Source: Eledone cirrhosa
Lineage: Eukaryota
Direction of reading: 5' to 3'
Assembly (NCBI GenBank): GCA_964016885.1
Contig: OZ024745.1
Coordinates: forward strand, 105,090,001 to 105,154,000
DNA length: 64,000 nucleotides
Part shown: in pieces, positions 54,709-64,000 of the stretch
Layout of the letters: each line of letters begins with the position of its first letter
Numbering within the stretch: the first letter of the stretch is position 1
Notes under the pieces: model-generated
Told to the model about the DNA's origin: nothing
Seen by the model: the letters and a program-made list of their open reading frames with translations, nothing else
Databases searched by the model: none
Program-made: the position numbers and the translations under genes

Positions 54709-54968
54709 CGAGGGATTTCTCTATAAAGGTATTGAAAAGATTTTTTAGAGAATGAAACATATGTAGATCAAATAAATAATGTATTAACAGTTGAACTTTG
54801 GTGATCTTTTTCTTGTGTTAATATGTGCTCTGTGATAATAAATTCAAGATGAACAAAAGTAAACCAACTGAATTTATCTGTGACATAACTTGCGCTAATC
54901 ATGATAATGAATAAACCACATCTGCGCTTTAAATATCTGAATGCCTTACTGTTGTAAGAATTTACTGC
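54709..54968 (+). mobile_element. Penelope-like pLTR fragment with minimal variant HHR
   Basis: TTGAAAA (54732-38), stem II ATTTT/AGAAT, GAAAC-ATAT-GTA (palindromic ACATATGT), AATAAA at 54771; ends in a (TA)/(TG) microsatellite. Confidence 0.55.
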
Positions 54969-55195
54969 ATATATATATATATGTATGTGTGTGTGTATAT
55001 ATATATATGTGTGTGTGTGTATATATATATGTATGTGTGTGTGTATATATATATGTGTGTGTGTGTATATATATATGTGTGTGTGTGTATATATATATGT
55101 GTGTGTGTATATATATATATGTGAGTGTATATATATATATATGTGTGTGTATATATATATGTGTGTGTATATATATATGTGTGTGTATATATATA

Positions 55196-55229
<34 letters not shown>

Positions 55230-55250
55230 CATACACAGATACACACACAC
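54969..55250. repeat. Compound (TA)n(TG)n microsatellite array
   Basis: Alternating TA and TG blocks; one of many microsatellites in the window. Confidence 0.95.
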
Positions 55251-55548
55251 GCATAATCATACATATGTGGCTAACCATACATTTACATGATAGGCTTTAT
55301 GCTTCTGCAGTTTCCATATAGAAAACACTAGTCAACAGGAGGCTATACTTGAAAGCTTTGGCCAATGTACTGCACAGTGGGACTGAACCCAGAACCACTT
55401 GGATGCAAAATGAATTTAACACACATCTGTCCACATTTTTCCATCTCCAGGAGTATTTTACTTGATTTTCTCTACTGTTATTCAATGATAAACTATTATT
55501 ATAGTAATTTCTGTTGAGATTCATACATTCAGATTTATATATATATAA

Positions 55549-57597
55549 AAGACTAGCATGGAAGGCTTGGAAAAAGGGTGGGAGTAGGGAAGAATATACA
55601 GCCGCTAAGAGAGAAGCTAGACGTCGGGTGTACTTAGCACGCAGGGAGGTGGAGAGTAGGAGGTTTGCCCATGTTCTGCGACAGGAAGATCAGAGGCGTG
55701 CAGTGTTCCACATTGCAAGGCAGTGAGTGTGTCAATGCAAATCAGGATGTTGTTGGAGATAAATGTGTCCAGGATGATGCCGGTGTACTTAGTGTCACGA
55801 ATGATCAGAAAAAGGAGGCCTGGAAATGTCATTATGAGAGACTGATGAATGTGGAGAACGATTGGGAGATAGAGAAATTACCCTTAGCAGATCCGACATA
55901 GGGACCAGCTATTGAGATTGACGAATATAGGGTCCAAGAGGCGATTAAGGAAATGAAAAATAGTAAGGCTGCTGGACCATCGGGAATAGTTGCTGAGATG
56001 CTGAAGGCATCAGGGGACGTAGGCACTAAACTGGTCATCAATCAGGCTATATATGGTGGTGTCATACCCAAAGACTGGTGCAGCAGTATTCTCATAAATT
56101 GCTACAAAGGTAAAGGGGATGCTCTAGAGAGGAGCAATTATAGGGGTATAAAACTGATGAATCAGGTTATGAAAGTGGCAGAAAGGATATTAGCACAACT
56201 AATTAGAGAAAGGGTCAAACTAGATGAGATGCAGTTTGGTTTTGTGCCTGGGAAGAGTACAACAGATGCCCTCTTCTTGGTGAGACAATTGCAAGAGAGG
56301 TTCTTAGAGAAAAATAAGCCACTATACTTAGCCTTTGTTGACCTAGAGAAGGCCTTTGATAGGGTACCCCGATCTGTCATCTGGTGGTCCCTAAGGAAGC
56401 TAGGTGTTGAGGAATGGCTTGTGAGGACAGTGCAAACTTTGTACAGAGGTACTCTCAGTAAAGTCAGGGTAGGAATGGAGTTTAGTGAGGAATTCCAGAT
56501 ACAAGTAGGAGTACATCAAGGTTCGGTCCTCAGCCCGCTCTTGTTCATTATAGTCCTCCAACCATAACAGAGGAGTTTATGACTGGCTGTCCATGGGAAC
56601 TTCTCTATGCGGACGATCTGGTTCTTACAGCAGAATCAGTAGAGGAGCTAGAGAATAAATTCTGGCTATGGAAACAGCAGTTGGAAGCAAGAGGACTGAG
56701 AGTGAACCTAGCTAAGACAAAAGTGTTGATGAGTAGAAAAGAGGACAAAACTCTGATTCTGTCAGGGAAATGGCCATGTTCGATATGCAGAAAAAGAACT
56801 GGCATAAATTCTATAAAATGCACACAATGCAGATCCTGGGTACACAAGAGATGTAGCGGGATAGCAGGCAAACTCACAGGTAGGGAGAAATATGTATGCA
56901 GTAGACGTACAGGGAAATTAGACAGTAGAAGTCGCATTGATAGACACATTTTTCAAATGCAGGAGGGCACTATAGAAGTGGTTGATAGCTTCCGGTACCT
57001 AGGAGATCAGATTACATGGGATGGCGTGTTCCGAGGCCATAGTATCTAGAATAAGGACGGGTTGGAAGAAATTTAGGGAGCTGCTTCCCCTGCTGACGAA
57101 GGGTTTCTCCCTGTGTACGAAAGGCCGGTTGTATGATGCCTGTGTGAGGAGCGTGATGCTGCATGGTAGTGAGACATGGGCAGCAACTGCAGAGGATATG
57201 CGACGGTTGGAGAGAAATGAGGCAAGCATGCTCCGTTGGATGTGCAGTGTAAATGTGCGTGAACGACCCAGCATGAATGTGTTGAGAGAGAAACTGTGTC
57301 TGAGAGGGATAGAATGTAGTGTTCGGGAGAGGAGACTGAGGTGGTATGGACATGTGATGCGCATGGAGTATGACTGATGGGTGAAGAAGTGCCAGGAAAT
57401 ACCAGTTGAAAGAAGACGTGATAGAGGTAGACCACGAAAAACATGGGCGGAGGTGGTGCGAACAGACCTCAGATCGTTGAAGCTCACGGTGGAGATGACG
57501 AAGGACCGTGACGAGTGGAGAGATGCTGTGCTGAATAAGACCCATCCCACCCTTGCAAGCAGGGAAAGCGGACGTAAAATGATGATGATGATGATGA
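55549..57597 (+). mobile_element. RTE LINE, 5'-truncated, second subfamily
   Basis: RT motifs over several frames, C4HC3-like finger, tail cccacccttgcaagcagggaaagcggacgtaaaat(gat)n; TA tracts at both ends. Confidence 0.95.
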
Positions 57598-57619
57598 TAT
57601 ATATATATTCTTTTTTTAG

Positions 57620-57826
57620 GACACTCTTCTTCGGTCACAAATGACCATGGGATTTGCACCAAGAAAGTTTACCTCCGAGGCACAAGTCCGGGCAAGGTTG
57701 TTTGTGGAAGACCAGCCGTCGCCCATGCATACCAAGGGAAAGGCAATGGCCGATACAGCTTGACACCAGTGACGTCGCAACGTGAAGTATTGTGTCTTGC
57801 TCAAGGACACAACACATCACCCTGGG
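57620..57826 (-). mobile_element. SINE-like fragment sharing the family-B central domain but with a different tail
   Basis: tgtcttgctcaaggacacaacacatcacc shared with family B; remaining GC-rich part differs. Confidence 0.6.
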
Positions 57827-58080
57827 ACACTCTGTATACTACTTCTTCTTTCCTTATCTTCATTAACGCATGTGAACCTAATGAGACTGTTTTTGCATCT
57901 TTCTCTTGTTTATTTTCCAAACACAGGTTTGCCACAATGATAATAACATAAGAGAATCGAGTAAATTAACCTTAATGACAGAAAATAAGTGTTCAGCAGC
58001 CACTACAGAGAATAGAGCTCTGTATCTCATGAATTCCGGCCAAATAAAATACGAAAATTCCAGCTAAAACAAGTCAGAAT

Positions 58081-58347
58081 AATAATTGTTTCTACGTTTG
58101 GCACAAGGCCAGCAATTAGCCAGTGCATTACTGGTACTTTATTTTATCGACCAAGTAAGGATAAAAGGCAAAGTTAACCTCCACGGGATTTGAACTCACA
58201 ATGGCAAGGGCCGTAACTCTATGCGTCAAAACATGGCGTCCGACCCTCTACCGATACTGCCAATCGAATAATTGTTTCTACTTTTTGGCACAAGGCCGCC
58301 AATTAACCAGTGCATTACTGGTACTTTATTTTATCGACCTTGTAAGG
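58081..58347 (-). mobile_element. Two tandem family-A SINE copies (one full, one truncated)
   Basis: Repeated aataattgtttctac...gtactttattttatcgacc. Confidence 0.85.
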
Positions 58348-59335
58348 TTGAGAGAAATATATGATCCAGTGGAGAATAGTTAAAGAAGATAATTTCTTTA
58401 CTAAATAGTGGAAAGTTTTTTCTGTTTCAAACATAATCTCTGTTGATGTCTCATTACGTACCTGCCTATCTTATATTTATACTCATCAGCCATGCATACT
58501 TCTCTCTCTCTCTCTCTGTGCATGCTTATTCCTCTTCGTACACACTTATGTTCTCCTATATATAACACCCCCACAAAAATGGCCACAATGTTTTTATTAT
58601 TATTTTTTTTTAAACAGGGCAGTGGATTGGCAGTATCGGTAGAGAGTCGGACACAATGCTTTGCAGCAGAGTTACGGCCCTTTACGGTCTGAGTTCAAAT
58701 CCCGCCGAGGTTAACTTTACCTTTCATCCTTACGGGGTCGATAAAATAAAGTACCAGTAATGTACTAGGATAATTGCTGGCCTTGTGCCAAAAGTAGAAA
58801 CAATTTTTTTTTAAAACAGAATTCCATGTTTTGAAAAGAGAGATTTACGTCGGATGTTTATTTTTCTTTGTTTTTCTGAATTACGACTTCATTCGCATCT
58901 TCGATACTTTATCGAATGAAATGTTAGCCTTTAAAATGGAGTGGGATATATATATATATATCTATTACTGTAGTGTAGTGTGGTGTGGTAAATAAATATA
59001 TACATATACACCATGTCCGGAGACAATGAAACCAGCCTTTTGTGTTTGACCTCTATCCACTTAGTTTGACACCCTAGTTGTCAGATTCTTGTAATCCAAT
59101 CGCTCTACATTTGCTTAAACCTCTCTTATTGTTCTACTGCTCTCTTTCTTTTCGTTTATTTACCATTCATATTCTCTTCCTTCATCCATCTTTGCTTCCT
59201 TGTTTTATCTTCAAACTTCATTCTTTCTATACCTTCCCCTTTCTTTCTGTCTAACAGACTATTCCTTTTATCGCCTGTTCCACTTATTCCTATTTCTCTT
59301 CTCTCCTTCCTCTCTAGCCAAATATATCTATTCGA

Positions 59336-59690
59336 CTAGTTATTTCCTCTTCCAACACACACACATATTATATACATGCATATATATATTGAGAAAAGAA
59401 AATAACTAGTATGTGTGTACACACACACATTATATACATATATATTGAGAAAAGAAAATAACTAGTATGTGTGTACACACACACATTATATACATATATA
59501 TTGAGAAAAGGAAATAACTAAGTATGTGTGTACACACACACACAAACAAACATTATATACATATATATTGGGAAAAAGAAATAACTAGCTGTCGAAACGA
59601 TCGAAGCTCAGCCGTCGGGGTCTTGACTATTTTCCTATACATGACTAGTTATTTCTATAATATGCTTGACTAGTTATTTCCTTTTCACAA
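59336..59690. repeat. Composite direct/inverted repeat (four units of about 58-65 bp plus inverted copies of the unit end)
   Basis: ttgagaaaagaaaataactag x4, with reverse-complement actagttatttc at about 59335, 59644 and 59669. Confidence 0.8.
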
Positions 59691-60568
59691 TCTGTTTCAC
59701 TGGTATACGCATGTGTGTGCGTATATTTATGTCGACAAATGAAAACAAATTAATTCGAAAAATGCACGAAAATGGAATACGGAAACTACCACAGAATACA
59801 AAATAATGATAAAAGAATAAAGAAATTTAACAAAATTAGGGAATATTTGGTAAAATATAATGAATTTAGAAAGCAAGCAGAACAAATTTTTTTTTTAAAC
59901 TGCTATTAAAATCAAAATCAGTTTTTCTTGAGTGATATCTTGATCATTAAAATCTTGGAGGAAATGCATGAATGTTACAGAATCACTACTTTAAAAAAAT
60001 CTGTTCTCTTTGTATGCAATCAATAAAGAGAAGGATCTTTACGTGGATACTTCAAATTGCTAGAAATAGCATCCACAATTCTCTTAGAGTATCACAGCCT
60101 ACTGTCCCAAGAAAGGAAGAATATAGAATAATATAGTTGAAGATATATTATGTAATAAAGGACGGGATGGTCGTGGCTGGAATATCTGACCATAGATCAA
60201 CTGGATCAGGACCGATTGGAACCTAAACAACCATTGCAGTAGTATATTATACTATTACACGATTGAACATTAAGGCAACAATATATATTCAATATGTTAG
60301 AAAGAGTAGCAAAATTTCAACTAAATTATACCCTATTATCTTTCAAAATAAAAAAAAGAAAAGAAAGATACATTGAATATGTAGACTTAAAAATCCTGCA
60401 TGAAAAAAAAACACACACACACACATCGAAGATGTTCACAAGCAGGAGGACTTTTAATTATACCTGGATTAGGGCGGACCCGGGGTTAAATAAGAACAAT
60501 AACAAAAATCAATATATCTATTAATGAAGGTGGCGGGGATCTATAAATGAAATAATGTGAAGGAATAC

Positions 60569-60605
60569 CTCTATTTTTCGCCGGTACTCGTCGATCCCTG
60601 GGCAT
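60569..60605 (-). CDS. pygo: Pygopus probable first coding exon (MPRDRRVPAKNR, 37 nt, phase 1)
   Basis: ATG at 60605 in the CpG-rich non-repeat island; donor AG|gtattc; phase 1 matches the 33741 exon; total CDS 564 nt = 187 aa + stop. Confidence 0.65.
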
Positions 60606-60815
60606 TTGATAGTAGTTGCTAATCAGAAAGATATTGGTCGGCTTCACACAGTTTCTGAATAGAATTTCCCAGCATTGGCACCAAACAATAGCCAAACGTG
60701 AAGGTATCGCTTAACGCCGATACTTCCGGTTGTATCACCGACAGCTTCCTCGGCCGAACTCGGCAAAATTCGGTGGACAACGTTGGTTGTCGGAAATATA
60801 CAAAATCGTACGCAA
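60606..60815 (-). promoter_or_regulatory. Putative pygopus promoter/5' UTR: CpG-enriched island with ETS motif
   Basis: Local CpG enrichment in an otherwise CpG-poor window; ACTTCCGG (ETS/GABP consensus) at 60722-60729, about 120 bp upstream of the ATG. Confidence 0.55.
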
Positions 60816-61613
60816 AGTCAATAATAAATAAAAATAGAAGTATTTTTATGAGTTAAAATTTGAAAAAAATATAATATGCTGTGGTGTTTAGACGCACGTG
60901 TATGTGTCTTCGTATTTGCATGTACCTGTGTTCATGTTTGCATTTGTATACGTATACATGTGCGTGCCTATATATTTCCATTTGTATATTTTTCTGCTTG
61001 TATATGCGTGCATGTGCTTGTATTTGAGTGCGTGCGATTCTTTTTTTTGTATATGCGTGTGTGTTGTTGATAGTTTTATATGCGTGATAGTGTGTTTATC
61101 TTCATATAAAAATTAATGTACGTAAAATATGTTCTAAATTGTAGGTCACAGTTTGGTACATAAGTTGTTGAAATTTTGTATAGTAAAACATTTTATATAA
61201 TGTGTTCATTTTTGTACCAGACAGAAAGAAAGAAAATATTATATAACCCCAAGCTCTGTTAAAGACATTGCAATTATTTACTAATTAGAAAATAATTCAT
61301 TTAGGAGTAATTATGTAAATTAGTACAACGTTAAAAAAAAAAAATGTTTTCTCACAAAATAAAAAATTAAAGGAAAACTTCTAAATTAGGTTCTATATCT
61401 CTTTGTGAGATTTTGTGAAACTTAACTTTCATTAACGCTTTCAGTTTAACTAAAGAGTGTCAGCATCTTTTTAAAACAATTTAACAGTGTTATTGTGAAT
61501 TCTTTAGTCAATGACGACCAGGGACGGGTTATTGTGGTGGCAAAAGTAGCATTTCGTAGGCCCCGCGCTGCTTTATATACTACCTTTAATATCTATGTCA
61601 CATCATACCAACC

Positions 61614-61739
61614 CCAGTACTTGATTGGTACTTTATTTTATCGACCCCGTAAGGATGAAAGGCAAAGTTAATCCTGCCGAGGTTAACTTTGCCTTCATCC
61701 TTACGAGGTCGATATAATAAAGTACCAGTAATGCACTGG
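61614..61739. repeat. Fold-back of two family-A SINE core domains
   Basis: tggtactttattttatcgacc..gcaaagttaa / ttaactttgcc..ggtcgatataataaagtacca with a short spacer. Confidence 0.8.
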
Positions 61740-62375
61740 TGTCGATTTAATCGACTTTCCCCTCCACCAAAAATTGTTGGCCTTGTGCCTAAATCAGAAA
61801 CCAATATTTATGTCAACATTTACAAAAAAAAAAAAAAATGTGTGCCTTTGTAGTATATGCTATAGGCTCCACGCTAACCTAATGCGGCACTGATGACAGG
61901 TGAGACCTGTATCTATATATAGTTCAGCTCACCCAGCAAAAGTGCACGCGCCTCTCCTTTCCTTCACCGTCAACATGATCACTGGATGTCGCTAGAGTTG
62001 ACTTCTAAATTAGTAAGTACACCACGCCTTCTTCTTCAGCACATGGTCAACAATTTAGGGGAAGGTGAAAGTCGATTAAATCGGCCCCAGTGCCTTATTG
62101 GTACTTTATTTTATCGACCCTGTAAGGATGAAAGGCAAAGCTAGCCTCGGCGGGATTTTAAACTTGGAGCGTAAAGGGCCGTTATTACATGCCGCAAAGC
62201 ATGTTGTCCGATGCTCTGTCGATATTGCCAATCCACCACCTTCTATTTATCATAAAACAGTAGCACTGGGTTGAGAATATTTGGCTGCTATTTCTAGCAT
62301 TTTAGAGTGATAACGTAGAGATTCATAAAGGGATTAAAGTGAACCGAAACTTGACAGGAATTACGCAACCATGTG

Positions 62376-62668
62376 CAGGGCGGGATTTAATGGGGGGGGG
62401 AGCAATTTCTCCGGCCCCCCTGCAGTGTGTGTGTGTGTGTGGGAAGGGGGGGGGGGCTTCCAGCGATGGCCGTAGCAATTTATTTGTGCCTTCAACTGGG
62501 CTTTTTAGTTTTAGGATGGTTAGAATTTTTGGATTTAATATTTATAACTTTTCATTTCCAATTACTTGCGACAAGTTAACTTTGATGTATAAAAGTGGGG
62601 TGTTTGCTGTGTATTCTACTTTTTCTGTGTACGAGAGCCCCTCCCTCCAAGGTCTAAACCCAACCCTG
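62376..62668. mobile_element. hAT-type MITE
   Basis: TIRs CAGGGCGGGATTTA / TAAACCCAACCCTG; 8-bp TSD accatgtg/gccatgtg. Confidence 0.8.
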
Positions 62669-63135
62669 GCCATGTGACAGAAGTCTGTGCGAGCCTTGAT
62701 TGCAAAGTACCATTTTCCATTTGTTTTACAAAGTGAAAATCATATTTTATAATCAATGATCACCGTAGTCTGAACAAACTTAGTGCTGCCGCCCTACCCA
62801 CACACTTTCTATTCGTTTATTCCAAAATCCCACTTATTGTTTATGTCCTTATGGATAAACGAATACACTGGAACTGTAATAATAATTGTTTCTACTTTAG
62901 GCACAAGGCCAGCAATTATCCAGTGCATTACTGGTACTTTATTTTATCGACCCCGTAAGGATGAAAGGCAAAGTCAACCTCGGCGGGATTTGAACTCAGA
63001 TCGTAAAGGGACGTAACTATACTGGAACTGTAATAATAATATAATCGAAACAAACGGTAATAACCACACGTAACAGAACAACAATCTTTTAAGAACCAAC
63101 AATCCAACACTCGAACTCGAACTGTTAACTTGAAC

Positions 63136-63378
63136 TCCAACTTCGACTACCAACACACGACCTGTGGAACTAGTACCAACTTTGACTATCAACACACGAA
63201 CTGTGGAACTAGTACCAACTTCGACTACCAACACACGAACTCTGTAACTAGTACCAACTTCGACTATCAACAGACGAACTGTGGAACTAGTACCAACTTT
63301 GACTATCAACACACGAACTCTGGAACTAGTACCAACTTTGACTATCAACACACGAACTGTGAAACTAGTACCAACTTT
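63136..63378. repeat. 39-bp minisatellite, about 6 copies
   Basis: Unit accaacttcgactatcaacacacgaactgtggaactagt. Confidence 0.95.
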
Positions 63379-63734
63379 CCCACTTACTCAGACTGCAACT
63401 ATTTATATGTAGTGGTCCAGCCCATTCTCACCAGGGGGGGGGGGGGGGGGGGGGCGTCGTACTCTTGCACAACATTGATACCATGAACAAGTAGTCAATG
63501 TATGATAAAATGTTTAATGAATCCTGGCTAACAGATCCATATTTTTTAAAAATTGGATGAGAAAAGAAAAAGAAACAGCAATAAAGCTTTTCTTTTTTTT
63601 TTATTGCTTAAACAAAAAGGTAGTTAGTATTCATGGCCGTTTCCGAAGCTTCCGCGAATGAGATGAGAGAGAACTAGTTCAAAATGCTTGCATCTGGGTG
63701 AAATTTACTAAAAACACGCTATGAGCCATGGTAG

Positions 63735-63919
63735 TAGTGCTGGATTTAGGACAAATTAGGTCCTGTGCTAGTTAAGTTATGAGGGCCCTTACTTGGGAAG
63801 TAGGCTCGGTAAAAAAGAAAAATTTGTGGCTGGAAGATGCCCCCCCCCCCCCCCAACACACACACTCACTCACTGGCCAACGGGGCCCTGTGCTTAAGAC
63901 AATGGTAAATCCTGCACTG
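63735..63919. mobile_element. hAT-type MITE
   Basis: TIRs TAGTGCTGGATTTA / TAAATCCTGCACTG; degenerate TSD catggtag/catggtgt. Confidence 0.65.
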
Positions 63920-64000
63920 CATGGTGTTGATATTAAATACAAGCTCACAAAGATGTTTTAACAAAGCATGTTTCTTTAACTTCACAGAAAAGATAGTATT

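Noticed and set aside
60606-60695. N-terminal extension of the 60486-60695 ORF
   Set aside because: Starts at a non-ATG codon in the likely 5' UTR; the first ATG is at 60605.
63136-63378. CRISPR-like appearance of the 39-bp repeats
   Set aside because: Contiguous tandem units without unique spacers, no cas genes, eukaryotic context.

Overview
AT-rich, microsatellite- and transposon-dense animal genomic DNA; the SINE/RTE repertoire looks octopus-like (inferred from repeat families, not proven). The window holds one host gene, pygopus, on the minus strand. Three phase-compatible coding exons (60605-60569, 33741-33677, 10163-9702; 187 aa; NPF motif plus PHD finger) span about 51 kb, with a candidate 21-nt microexon at 14576-14596 and a CpG/ETS promoter near 60.7 kb. 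Introns and flanks contain RTE LINEs with an internal PHD-like finger, two tRNA-SINE families, a piggyBac deletion derivative with its MITE family, and hAT, pogo, Helitron, CRE-like and Penelope remnants. The most notable signal is a set of hammerhead-ribozyme (HHR) bearing segments at (TA)n microsatellites. One is a textbook type I HHR (34459-34539) just upstream of an open RT ORF. Three are fold-back palindromes downstream of the pygopus stop, each with a mirrored HHR motif. Three separate elements show a U3:A8 covariant catalytic core. All structures were read by eye; no folding or database search was run.
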